From the human T2T-CHM13v2.0 reference genome, Homo sapiens, in assembly GCF_009914755.1 (NCBI RefSeq), contig NC_060934.1: a stretch of DNA of 64,000 nucleotides, one strand, 5' to 3'. Below are positions 14,005 to 26,213 of this stretch, one piece after another (within the stretch, counting starts at the first letter, position 1; every line of letters begins with the position of its first letter). Made by a program: the position numbers and the translations under genes. The notes under the pieces were generated by a model. The model ran no database searches, was not told the DNA's origin, and saw only the letters and a list, made by a program, of their open reading frames with translations.

Positions 14005-16060
14005 TCACTTCTATTCAACGTAGTACTGGAAGTCCTAGCCAGAGCAATCAGACAAGAGAAATAAATAAAGGGCATCCAAATCCATAAAGAGGAAGTCAAA
14101 CTGTTGCTGTTTGCTGATGATATGATTGTATACCTAGAAAACCCTAAAGCTCCTAGATCTGGTAGATGACTTTAGCAAAGTTTCAAGATACAAAATTAAT
14201 GTATACAAATCAGTAGCTCTGGTGTACACCAACAGTGACCAAGCTGAGAATCAAATAAAAAATTCAACCCCTTTTACAATAGCTGCAACAAAATAAAATA
14301 GTTAGGAATATAACTAACCAAGGAGGTGAAAAACATCTACAAGGAAAACTACAAAACACAGCTGAAAGAAGTCATAGACGACACAAACAAATGGAAACAC
14401 ATTCCATACTCACGAATGAGTAGAATCAATATTGTGAAAATAATTATACTGCCAAAAGCAACCTACAAATTCAGTGCAATTTCCATCAAAATACCACCAT
14501 TATTATTTACAGAACTAGAAAAAAAATCCAAAAATTCATGTAGCACAAAAAATGAACCCACATAGCCAAAGCAAGACTAAGCAAAAAGAACAAATCTGGA
14601 TGCATCACATTACCTGATTTCAAACTATACTGTAAGACCACAGTCACCAAAACAGGATGGTACTTGTATAAAAATAGGCACATAGACAAATGGAACAGAA
14701 TAGAGAACCCATAACTAAAGCCACATACTTACAGCCAACTGATCTTTGACAATGCAAACAAAAACAGTGGAGAAAGGACACCCTATTCAACAAATGGTGC
14801 TGAGATAATTGGCAAGCTGCATGTAGAAGAATGAAACTGGATCTTCACCTCTCACTTTATACAAAAATCAACTCAAGATGGATCAAAGACTTAAATCTAA
14901 GACCTGAAACCATAAAGATTCTAGAAGATAACATGAGAAAAACCCTTCTAGACATTGGCTTAGGCAAAGACTTTATCAAGAACCCAAAAGCAAATGCAAC
15001 AAAAATAAAGATAAATAGATGGGACTTAATTAAACTGAAAAGCTTCTGCACAGCATAAGAAACAACCAGCAGAGTAAACAGACAACCCACAGAGTGGGAG
15101 AAAATCTTCACAATCTATACATTCAACAAAGGACTAATACCTGGAATTTACAAGGAACTCAAACAAATCAGCAAGAAAAAAAAACCAATTCTATCAAAAA
15201 GTGGGCTAAGGACATGAATAGACAATTCTCAAAAGAAGATATACAAATGGCCAACAAACATATGAAAAGTGCTCAACATCACTAATGATCAGGGAATGCA
15301 AATCAAAATCATAACGCAATACCACCTCATTCCTGCAAGAGTGGCCATAATCAAAAGATCAAAAACTAATAGAAGTTGGCGTGGATGTGGTAAAAAGAGA
15401 ACACTTTTACACTCCTGGTGGGAATGTGAACTAGTACAACCACTATGGAAAACAGTGTGGAGATTCCTTAAAGAACTAAAAGTGGAACTACCATTTGATC
15501 CAGCAATCCCACTACTGGGTATCTACCCAGAGGAAAAGAAGTCATTATATGAAAAAGATACTTGCACAGGCATGTTTATAGCAGCACAATTTGCAAATGC
15601 AAAAATATGGAACCAGCCCAAATGTCCATCAAACTATGAGTGGATAAAGAAATTGTGGTATACATATATACACCATGGAATAATACTCAGCCATAAAAAG
15701 GATGAATTAATGGCATTTGAAGCAACCTGGATGTAACTGGAGACCATTATTCTAAGTGAAGTAACTCAGGAATGGAAAACCAAACATCATATGTTCTCAC
15801 TCAGAAGTGGAATCTAAGCTATGAGGATGCAAAGGCATAAGAATGATACAATGGACTTTGGAGACTCGGGGGAAAGAGTGGGAGGGGGATGAGGGATAAA
15901 AGACTACACATTTGGTACAGTGTACACTGCTCAGGTGATGGGTGCACGAAAATCTCAGAAATCACCACTAAAGAACTTATTCATGCAACCAAATACCACC
16001 CGGTCCCCAAAAATCTACTGAAATTTTTTTTTTAAATTGCAAAAAAACAAAACAAAACAA
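14005..16060 (+). mobile_element. 5'-truncated L1PB1-like LINE-1 with disrupted ORF2 3' half
   Basis: FADD-coding region, broken ORF2 fragments (14326, 14831, 15269), L1PB-type 3' UTR, A-tail, TSD aagatttcctggta / aaaatgtcctggta. Confidence 0.92.
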
Positions 16061-16109
16061 AAAATGTCCTGGTACTCCATTTTCCCAAACTTCTCGCTTT
16101 GTACATGTT

Positions 16110-16644
16110 TTTTGATGGTTAATTCTATATGTCAACTTGACTGGGCCATGGGGTGCCCAGATATTTGGTCAAACATTCTTCTGGGTGTTTCTGGATGACA
16201 TTAACATTTGAATTAGTAGACTGAGTAAGGCAGCTTGCCCTCCCCATTGTGGGTGGGCTTCATCTGAGCCTTGGAAGTCCTGGCTACAACAAAAGGCTGA
16301 CCCTGCCATGAGTGACAGGGACTTTCTTCTCCTTGACTGCCTTCAGGCTGGGACATCAGTCATTTCCTGCCTTCAGACTCAAACTAAAGGGTTAACTCTT
16401 TTGATGTCTCAAGCCTGCCAGCATTCAGACTAGAATTCTACCATTGGCTTTCCCAGTTCTCAGGCCTCGGACTTGGACTGGACCTGCACCATTGGCTCTC
16501 CTGGTTATCCAGCTTGCTGACTCACACTGCAGATCTTGGACTGTCAGCCTCCATAATCATGGCAGCCAATTCCTCATGATAAATCCATTTCCATCTATAG
16601 GCATCCTGTTGGTTCTGTTTCTCTGGAGAACCCTGACTAATGTG
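16110..16644 (+). mobile_element. MLT2B/C-type ERVL solo LTR
   Basis: tgatggttaattctatatgtcaacttgactgggcc...ggttctgtttctctggagaaccctgactaat. Confidence 0.85.
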
Positions 16645-17104
16645 CCTGTGGAACTAAAATTGTATTCTACGTGAAACTTGCTTCGTGGGTCTCCACTGCA
16701 ACCTGAAAATACATGTTCCAAGTTCTGCCTCAGTCTCTGGGAATATTCACTGCCTGGACTTTTAGCTGAGATTACAAACATTCTATTTATTCTTTCTAGC
16801 TCTGTTGGTGAAGTGGTCACTTACAGGTCACTTTTCAATCAGCAATTTTGTTCTTCTGCACTTTAAAATAGACATTTTCTTTGGCGTCCAAAATAATATT
16901 CTATTAAAATAGCCACTGATTGGAAGGGCCTTAGTATGTATGTCATGGTCTCTGCAAAGAGAACCTCAAGTTCGAGAGACGTGAGTCCCAGTGAAAAGCA
17001 CACCTGTGATATATAAAATGCACAAAAGACAGTGGTTGTTCCCGTAGCCACACTGAGGCAACGTCCTTGTGTTCTGGTCTCATCTCTAAAATATCACATA
17101 TCAC

Positions 17105-17350
17105 GTCGGGTCACCTCCTCTGGGCCTCCCCTTGGGATAGACATTTTCCCCACCAATCAGACCCAATAGCCGCTTCCCCATGACTCCCTTTGCACTCTAC
17201 ACACATGCCTCTGGTGTGTATGCCCCATATTGGGATTTCATTATTTGTTTGCATGTTTACTTTTTGTGGAAAGAGTCTGGAATTTCCACTTCTCTGCAAC
17301 CCCAGCATGTCACACCATTCCTGATGTCCAAAATACATTCTATAAGGGTT
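17105..17350 (+). mobile_element. L2 3' fragment
   Basis: tcacctcctctgggcctcccc...cattatttgtttgcatgtttac; degenerate. Confidence 0.45.
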
Positions 17351-20300
17351 TACTTTGTACTTATCTTACCTGACACTTCCATTTTCTTTTAATCAAGGTG
17401 TGTCTGAGTCATCACTGTGTCCTCTCTGCACATGTTATTGGGCAGCACCTTCATCCCAGGCCCACTGCTAAGCACTTCCATGGAAGAAGCCTGTGACCAG
17501 CAACGGGAGAAAAGAGTCTTTAATCACTGTCATTCATATTCTCATTTTTCTCCAATTTCACCTGGGTCTGGGCAGTTCTCACAGGTGTGTTTATTCTGTC
17601 CATAGGCTTAGACACTTAAATTTTTATGCGAGTAATAATCCAATAGTCAGACACTAGATAAATTTGTCTCTGTTTCTTTTTGCTAGTGATATATCTCACT
17701 GGTCAGGCCATAGGTGGTATTGCCAGCTTCAGCCACCATAAGCGTTCAATATCAGCCAAAGTATAGTGTTCAGAGCTGGCAGTGCAACACAGCTTCTGCA
17801 GGTGATATTTGATAGGCAGAATTCCTTTCCTAAATGCACCCTACTGGCTTCAGATATTTTACCGCAAATAATCATAATATTGAACTTAAAGCTTCTACAA
17901 GTTCACAGTGAAAAATCTGATCAGATTACATATATGCTCAAGTTTTATTGTTCTCTTAAAGTTGGAAGCAATAAATATGTAATAAAAATGAAAATATATT
18001 TTAATATTAGTTTCCCTGATGTCATTTCTCTACAGAATATCCTTAACTGTTACTTACAGATAGGTTGATAAACAGTGGAAATAAAAAGTCTACACCTACA
18101 AAAACCTCTTTTAAACGGAATTTATATTAAATACTTAGGATAGCTCTATTCAGCCCTACTGGCTGAAAACCAACATTCCTAACCATTTGTTTGTCCAAAC
18201 AGTGGTCCTATGTACCCAGGCGACCAGTCTGATGGTGATGCTATGTGCTGATGATGAAGCAGAATTGATGCTGGGGGAAGGGGCTCAGGTTAAAGTTTGC
18301 TTCTCTCTTCCTTCCAACCCAACTTCCCTCCATCAAGCAAGCCTCCGGAAAGCTTGCTTTGAAGTGTATCTTTTTCATTTCTCTCCCCAGCTGGAGGCTT
18401 GTGGTCCATGGTCTCACTGTTTCAAATTCACTGTGGTTTGTAAATAGAAATATTTCATCCTAGCAGGGTAACTGAAAACAGAGGTTTCTATAAGTACCCA
18501 GGCCCACCACCCATGGAGGCCACAGGGTAAAATTACAACAGGACCCACCTCTCTGGTTGTCCCAGTCAGCCAGAGAATTTGCCTCTGCATTTAGGATCTT
18601 GATTTTTCCAGGAAAGTCACGAAAATTGGTCATCTTCCTCCACCCTGAATGTGAAAGTCGAGTAGGAAGTCGCATTGAGCTTATCCTCCACCCAGGCCCC
18701 AGTTTAGTATCAGACTGACAATCCTGTAACTTTGGAGAGAACACATTTGTGAAAAGCATAATCAAGGAAGGCTCAGCTGAACCATATTGCATCATTTTGA
18801 ACATTTCTTCATAAATAGATAACTGACTTAAGTAAGACCTAGAAGTTTATGGGGTTTTATTGACTACAAACCTAACTGTTTCTTTAAAAGTGTTATACAA
18901 TAGGAACACAAAATTGGGAGAAGCTCCTTAATGACCTCTTACTATCTTTCAAGCATCATCAACGAGAAGTTTGGCACAAAGTTTCTGTTTGAGGGAAAAA
19001 ATTGTCATTCGTTTCACTTGAATCATTACTATCACTCAATAATGAATGAGAGTCATTATCATCCAGTAGCTCTTGTCTCTCTAGCTGGGCTTGGTTAATG
19101 AGTCGCTCCAGCATTTGGGATGAGGGCTGTGTTGGGATAGACGAGGATGAGAGGGAAGGTCCATTCCCACAGTTGCCCACATTGCAGGCATTGCCTGATG
19201 GACAGGCAGTTAAGTTCATCAAGATGAGTAAAATAAAAGCAGAAATCAGAGAGATGGGTTCTCTGTGCCATAAATCACTCCATTTTTGAACCCATTTCCC
19301 ATAGTGTGGCCAAGATGGTTTCCCAAAACAAAGATCCCTTCATTCACCTCTGGAAATATCCAGAGTCTCCAAATAACAGGAACTTGAGTCCTAGAATGCA
19401 AGTTCTGTCCAGCTCAGAGCACCATAGCTTGTGGGAAGCTGCCTTACCATCTATCCAGCATTCTACCTCCTCCCACAATGCTTTCTTCCTATTGCTAATT
19501 ATCAAGATTTTTAAATTACTTCTTGTATTTTTACTGCATTGCCTGTCTATCTCCCTGAGTGGATTGTTGGCTCTCTTTGGACAAAGCAGGCTAACTAGTC
19601 TTCAGAATCCCAGGGCACAGGTGTGGAGCTCGCCAGTGGACTCTTAGGACCTGTAAGACAAGTGCACAAGTTAGCTGAACTTGGCTTTCCATTCGCGGGT
19701 CAGTAGGGTAGATGGTGATGTATAATAATGTTTTGTAATCCTAAATCTTCCAAAATGGAGTCACTTATAACGAGTGACTCATTTCGCAGTGAAGTTGCTG
19801 ACCCCTCAGAGTGAGAAGCATGTGTATGGTGGACTGTGGCGATTAGATGACACCTGCTGTGGCCAGGCACCCCCAAGACCTGACTAGAAAGTGAAGCCAA
19901 CAGGAGACTGAGGTCATGGTCATGGACACTCCTGCAGAGGCCATAAAAACAGCAAAGGAACTGACCCTGGTGAGATGTTTGCAGAAGCTCTGCCCATGAG
20001 AACTCGGGCCTCTTTTCCATCAGGCGGCGGCCAATGGAAGCTCTGCTGGGAGAAGGGCACTCCCTGCCTAAGAGTTAGCATAACCAGGCTGATGGCACCT
20101 GACACACTAGATGGAGACTTGGTTCATCTTTGGAAGGTCCAGGGGCTGTGGGAAAGGTGGAACAGCCCAGGATAATCTCAAAGTCCCCCTTCCCCTCCCC
20201 AAGCAATTCCTCTGTAAAGAGGAGGCTTGGTATCTCCCAGACAATCTTCAAGATCAGTGGAGAAGTCTCAGCCCTGTCCTCTCCCTCTTGCGTCCCTGCA

Positions 20301-20828
20301 CAGCCTGTCTCTGGACAAGCTTCTGCCCTGTCGCTGCCTCCATTCATGCCCCTCTGCAGCCAAGGTTGGAGAATCCTCATCCCTGCTTAACTCTTTCAGC
20401 TGCTCCCTATTGCCTTCTAACCCCAAATCACTGGCACATCCCACAGGGCTCTGAGACTTCAGGCCTCTGCCTCCTCTCAGGCCACACTCACCCCTCAGCC
20501 CACAAATTTGAACCATGCAGAGCCTTCCTCTTCCTGCTTATTTTGCCTGCATCCTCCCCATTGAAGCTTCCTCCCAGCCCCACTCAGCTCACGCAGCAGC
20601 ATAGCTCCTCCAGGAAGCCCTCTCTAAGTTTGGCCTGATCTTCATTTTCACAACCCCTACTTCCTGGGATAATGGTCAGCACACTCCTAGTTACTCTTTG
20701 CGATAGGGAACATATTGAGTTTTTTCCTCAAAGTGTCCCCTTGAAATAGCACCAGGGGCAAATCCAGCCTGGTGCCTGCTTTTGTATTGCTCTGAGGTAA
20801 GAGTGGCTTTTATATTTGTAAATTGTTT

Positions 20829-21778
20829 TATGAAATTAAAATAAAATCCTAAGCCCCCTGACTGACTGAACAGACCAGTCTTAGCCAAGTAGACTCCAGA
20901 AAACTTTAAAAACTAAATTTCAGGGCCATCAAAGGAGGGAGATTGGTTGTGCCTCATTACACACCCTTTCCCAGCTAACCATTGCCAGACCTTTTTTTTC
21001 CCCCTAAGAGTTAAACAGAAACCCGCCCTGGAAAACAAAGAACAAAAGACTCCTCCACTGACCAGTGCCTGACACTGCAGCCAGACTCCTTGCACTTTTT
21101 GTGGGTTTGATATTGACAGCTGACCAGTTTCCTTCCTGTTAAATGACCCTGACCACAGGCAGCTTTTGCCAGTTTACAGAGGGTGTGCACTAAGCGCCCC
21201 TACGTCTAAAGTTTCACCTTTGGAGGTAAACAGCCTAGGTTTACAGCATTTTAATGTTAAGTCTCCACCCCAAAGTAAACACTGGACATATGTAACACAT
21301 ATGTTTGCTTACCACACGTGCACATGATCCCCCCACAAAATATTCTAGTTCTAGTTCATCCTATTGTAAGAATCGAGTAGCAAAAGAACTGTTGATGAAC
21401 TGTCATCTTCCCCCTGCCCCCATTCCCTTAACATAAAAGAGTCTAAAATCTGTGCTGACTTAAGATGATACTTTAGAATGCCAGTTCTCAGTTTCGCTGG
21501 CTCTCTGAATAAACCTGCTTTTCCCCCCACCAACTCTCCTCTCTCCTGTTTGGTTTCTGAGCAATGAGCAGCCAAACCTGGGTTCGGTTACCCTATAACC
21601 TGTTAAATATGTATGTTTAGCCAATCCGTGTAGCATGAAACTCCTGTTCCACCCTTCCTCCCTCGAAGTGCCTTTCTGTCTCAGCTGGAGGCCCTGATTC
21701 CCAACCTGCAGCACCACACTTCTGAGAAATAAAGTGCTCCTTGTGAAATTTATAGATCTTGTGATTTTTAAGCTGACA
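20829..21778 (+). mobile_element. MER39 ERV1 solo LTR containing a nested LTR
   Basis: aaataaaatcctaagccccctgactgactgaacagacc...aatgttaagtctccaccccaaag...aataaa...gctgaca; flanks gttt/gttg. Confidence 0.8.
21365..21592 (+). mobile_element. Short, internally deleted ERV1-type LTR nested in MER39 (family uncertain)
   Basis: Starts tgtaag, has aataaa and a gagcagccaaacctgggttcggttac end, exact ctat TSD on both sides. Confidence 0.7.
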
Positions 21779-21795
21779 GTTGTAACAAAACAATA

Positions 21796-21818
21796 CACAC
21801 ACACACACACACACACAC
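21796..21818. repeat. (CA)n microsatellite
   Basis: About 11 CA units. Confidence 0.95.
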
Positions 21819-22173
21819 AAAACAAAAACAAAGAAGAATATGTGGGAGAGATAATGTGTGGTTTGAAAAGCCTAAAATATTTACTCTCTGGCCTTTTAGA
21901 GAAAGTTCGCTGACCCCTGACCTAGAACGATGCCTTGGCATACAGTAGGTGCTCAACTAGTATTTAATAAACACGTGATTATCTGTAGCTGAAGGCATGC
22001 TGGAGGCTGTGCCGTCTGTAAGGACGTGCTCTTTGGGCCTCATTAGCAAACTGGCACAGACTAAACTTTAGATTCTGGGAGTGACAGTTGGAAGCATCAG
22101 AAAATTGTTCTTGACACACGTTGAGTGTATTTATGGGGGGGGGGTGGAAGAAAGATATCTTTCTGGTATATTT

Positions 22174-22721
22174 GTGAAGGAACCCAGGGAATTTCACCCC
22201 AACATATGGCATCCTGGTATGCTGATTATTTTAAATTAAAGGCCCCTGAAGGTCAGCAGATGCTGAAATTGGTCTACTCAGATATGCGCTTTTCTACCTT
22301 AAGAAAATAGAACACAATCACCTTCCATCCCCTCCCTGAAATCCCATCATGTATTGAAGAAAAGAAGAGTGAGAAGGAAGGAATATAACCACACCTTGAT
22401 GGACTTTTTCACAAGATAATGTCTGCCTCCTGAGCTCATTCAAATTCCAAAAAGAATTATTTACAAGATGATTTCTGTCTCCTAGGTCCATTCATTCACC
22501 TAATAATTATTTACTACCCCTCCAAAGAATTGCCTGCATTCCCTATCTCCTCCCTACCCTATAGAGAAGGCATATTCACACCTCTACCTGGTTGAGTTGC
22601 TGGGTTATCAACACAGTAATCAAATTGTTTGCCTTTTTTTCTGCTAATCTGTCTATTGTCAATTCATTTCACCAGACTTAGACTTGAAGCTTCAGAGAGA
22701 AAAGTTGAACCTCCCTGTATT
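22174..22721 (+). mobile_element. MER34-family ERV1 solo LTR
   Basis: tgaaggaacccagggaatttcaccccaacatatggcatcctggtatgctgattatttt...ttcaaattccaaaaagaa. Confidence 0.78.
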
Positions 22722-22934
22722 TGCATCAGAAACTGCCAGAGACATTTTTAAGTACTGTCATGTGTACCTTAATGATTGAAACACATTCTGAGAGCCATGT
22801 CATTAGACAATTTCCTTATTAGGTGAACATCATAGAGTGTATTTACACTAACCTAGAGGGCATAGCCTACTACACAGCCAGGCCATATGGTGTAACCTAT
22901 TGCTCCTAGGCTACAAACCTTTATGCCATGTTAT

Positions 22935-23614
22935 TGCAACCACCCAAGCGGTTCACCTTGCCTGCTGGCTAGACAGAGCTGATTCATCAAGACAGGGGAA
23001 TTGCATTAGAGAAAGAGTAATTCATGCAGAGCTGGCTGTGCAGAAGACTGGATTTTTATTATTACTCAAATCAGTCTCCCTAAGTATGTGAGGAGCAGAG
23101 TTTTTAAGAATATCTTGGTAGGTTGGGGGAAGCTAGTGAGCCAGGGGTACTGATTGGTCAGAGGTGAAATCATAGGGAGTCGAAGCTGTCTTCTTGTTCT
23201 GAGTCAGTTCCTGGGTGGGGACCACAAGATCAGATGAACCAGTTTATCCATCTGGGTGATGCCAGCTGATCCATCACGTGCAGAGTCTGCAAAACATCTC
23301 AAGCCCTGATCTTAGGAGCAGTTTAGGGAGGTTCAGAATCTTGCAGCCTCCAGCTGCATGACTCCTAAACCATAATGTCTAATCTTGTGGCTAAAATTCA
23401 TCCTACAAAGGCAATCTAGTCCCCAGGCAAGAAGGAGGTCTGCTTTGGAAAAGGGCTGTTACCGTCTTTGTTTAAACTATAAACTTTCTCCCAAAGTTAG
23501 TTCAGTCTACGCCCAGGAATGAACAAGGACAGCTTGGAGGTTAGAAGCAAGAAGGAGTCAGTTAAGTTAGACTTCTTTCACTGTCTCAGTCATAATTTTG
23601 CAAAGGTGGTTTCA
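22935..23614 (-). mobile_element. LTR8 solo LTR, copy 2, inside Tigger3
   Basis: Ends cataattttgcaaaggtggtttca (LTR8 5' end in reverse); flanks ttat/ctac. Confidence 0.9.
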
Positions 23615-23724
23615 CTACTCTACTGAATACTGAAGACAGTTGTAACACAATGGTAAGTATTCGTGTATCTAAACATATCTAGGCATAGAAAATGTAAAGT
23701 AAAAATGCAGTAGAAGAGATTTTT

Positions 23725-24016
23725 TGCTTCGTTTTGTTTGTTTGTTTTGGGGATGGAGTTTCACTTTTGTTGCCCAGGCTGGAGTGGGGTGGTGTGATCT
23801 CAGCTCACTGCAACCACCACTGCCTGGGTTCAAGCAACTCTCCTGCCTCTGCCTCCCAAGAAGCTGGGATTACAAGCACCTGCCACCACACCCAGCTAAT
23901 TTTTTGTATTTTTAATAGAGATGTGGTTTCAACATGTTGGCCAGGCTGGTCTCAAACTCCTGACCTCAGGTGACCCACCCGCCTTGGTCTCCCAAAGTGC
24001 TGGGACTGCAGGCATG
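23725..24016 (-). mobile_element. AluS SINE
   Basis: Antisense dimer, slightly 5'-truncated; flanks aagagattttt / aaaagattttt. Confidence 0.92.
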
Positions 24017-24047
24017 GAAAAGATTTTTTTTTTTTAAAGTCATCTGT

Positions 24048-24434
24048 TGATATGGTTAGGCTCTGTGTCCCCACCCAAATCTCATCTTGAATTGTGATCC
24101 CCACAATCTCCATAATCCCCATGTGTCAAGGGAGAGACCAGGTGGAGGTAATTGAATCATGGGGTGCTTTCCCCCATGCTGTTCTCAAGATAGTGAATGA
24201 GTTCTCACAAGATCTGATGATTTTATAAGGGGATCTTCCCCCTTCACTCAGCACTTCTCCTTCCTGCTGCCTTGTGAAGAAGGTGCCTTGCTTCTCCTTC
24301 ACCTTCCGCCATGATTGTAAGTTTCCTGAGGCCTCCCCAGCCAGGCTGAACTGTGAGTCAACTAAACCTCTTTCCTTTATAAATTATCCAGTTTCAGGCA
24401 GTTCTTTACAGTAGTATGAAAACGGACTAATACC
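24048..24434 (+). mobile_element. THE1C/D MaLR solo LTR
   Basis: tgatatggttaggctctgtgtccccacccaaatctc...aaacggactaatac; 5-bp TSD tctgt/tctga. Confidence 0.9.
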
Positions 24435-25013
24435 TCTGATAGGACACTTACAATGAATGAATGGAGGTTGCAGAACTGGAAGTTGCTCTGGGTGAGTCAG
24501 TGAGTGGCAAGTGAATGTGAAAACCTAGAACATTGCTGTACACTACCGAAGACTTTATAAACACTGTACTCTTAGGCCACACTGAATTTATGTAAAAATA
24601 TTTTTCTTTCTTCAATAATAAAGTAACCTTAACTTACTGTAACTCTTTGGCTTTATACACTTTCAAATTTTTTAACTTTTTGACTCTTTTGTAATAACAG
24701 CTTAAACACACATTATATAACTGTTCAAAAATATTTTATTTCATTATATTCTTATTCTATCAGCTTTTATCTATAAAAAAATTTTATAATAACTTTTTAG
24801 AAGTTTTGGAGAAAGCAAAGACACAAACACAAATGGTAGCCAAGGCCTACACAGGGTCAGCATCATCAGTATCACTGTCTTCCACTCCACCTTGTCCTAC
24901 TAGAAAGTCGTCAAGGACAATACAATGCTTGGAGCTGTCACTTCCTATGATAACAATGCCTTTTTCTGGAAGACCTCCTTCAAGTCGTACCTAAGCCTGT
25001 TTTACAGTTAACT

Positions 25014-25325
25014 TTTATTTATTATTATTATTATTTTTGAAATGGAGTCTTGCTCTGTCACCCAGGCTGGAGTGCAATGGTGTGATCTCAGCTCCCTTCA
25101 ACCTCTGCCTCCCAGCTCCTGCTCCAGCCTGCTGAGATTACAGGAGGGATTACAGGCATGGGATTACAGGTGTGCACCACCACGCCTGGTGAATTTTGTG
25201 TTTTTAGTAGAGATGGGGTTTCACCATGTTGGTCAGGCTGGTCTTGAACTCCTGACTTCAAGCAATCCACCTACCTCACCCTCCCAAAGTGCTGGGATTA
25301 CAGGTGTGAGCCGTCACACCCGGCT
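25014..25325 (-). mobile_element. AluS SINE with internal micro-rearrangement
   Basis: Antisense dimer, flanks ttaactt; three copies of gattacagg in the right arm. Confidence 0.9.
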
Positions 25326-25845
25326 TAACTTAATTTGTAATAAGTAGGAGTATGCTCTAAAATAACTATAGAAAGTATGGTATAGTAAATAACAAACCAG
25401 TAACATAATCATGTATCATTATCAAGTATTATGAATTGTACGTAATTGTACGTGCTATGCTTTTACAGAACCGGCAGTGCAGTAGGTTTGCTTACACCAG
25501 CATCGCCACAAACATGAGAGTAGCACTGAGCTACAACATTATGACAGCTATATCACTAGGCCATAGGAATTGTTCATTACGATCTTATGGGACCACTGTC
25601 ATGTATGCAAACTGTCATGAACAGAGACATTATTGTGCAGTGCATGACTGTACAAGTTGTGATGGAGCATTGCATTTTCTCCTCTCCAGCAAGCTCCCAG
25701 TATACAGCCATATTTTTAGAGGAATGAAGAGAAAAAAGGGGGGAAAGTCTGGGCTATAATTAAACCCAGTAATAACAGGCATCTTTTATGAACTACCACT
25801 ACATATCCTGCTATCCTGTAATAAACATTTTTATGATTTCATGCT

Positions 25846-26213
25846 TGATATGGTTTGGCTGTGTCCCCACCCAAATCTTTTCTTGAATTGTAACTCCCAC
25901 AATTCCCACATGTCATGGGAGGAACCCAGTGGGAGGTGATTGAATAATGGGGGCAGATCTTTCCTACACTGTTCTCATGATAGTGAATGAGTCTCATGAG
26001 AGCCGATGGTTTTAAAAACAGGAGTTTCTCTGCATAAGCACTCTCTTTGCCTGCCGTCATCCACGTAAGACTTGACTTGCTCTTCCTTGCCTTCTGCCAT
26101 GATTGTGAGGTCCCCAGCCATGTGGAACTGTAAGCCCATTAAACCCTTTTTCCTGTATAAATTACCCAGTCTTGCATACATCTTTATCAGCAGCATGAAA
26201 GCAGACTAATACA
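25846..26213 (+). mobile_element. THE1B MaLR solo LTR
   Basis: tgatatggtttggctgtgtccccacccaaatc...gcagactaataca; perfect TSD atgct. Confidence 0.92.

Larger units (their letters stand above)
20752..21919 (+). mobile_element. MER58C-like hAT-Charlie element split by MER39
   Basis: ggcaaatccagcctggtgcctgcttttgta on the left; aagcctaaaatatttactctctggccttttagagaaagttcgctgacccctg on the right. Confidence 0.75.
22755..25650 (+). mobile_element. Tigger3 (Golem) DNA transposon interrupted by four insertions
   Basis: TA-flanked termini ctgtcatgtg / tgcatgactg; internal gctcctaggctacaaacct and gaagttgctctgggtgagtcagtgagtgg. Confidence 0.85.

Noticed and set aside
18959-19222. Acidic minus-strand ORF (LERQELLDDNDSHSLLSDS) as a gene or piggyBac remnant
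   Set aside because: No recognisable homology, TIRs or convincing splice sites; length is within chance expectation.
12462-23614. LTR8-flanked provirus
   Set aside because: No gag/pol/env-like sequence lies between them, and copy 2 sits inside Tigger3 with its own target duplication.
24048-26213. Full THE1 provirus between two THE1 LTRs
   Set aside because: The LTRs are different subfamilies, each has its own 5-bp TSD, and the interval is Tigger3 plus Alu rather than THE1-int.
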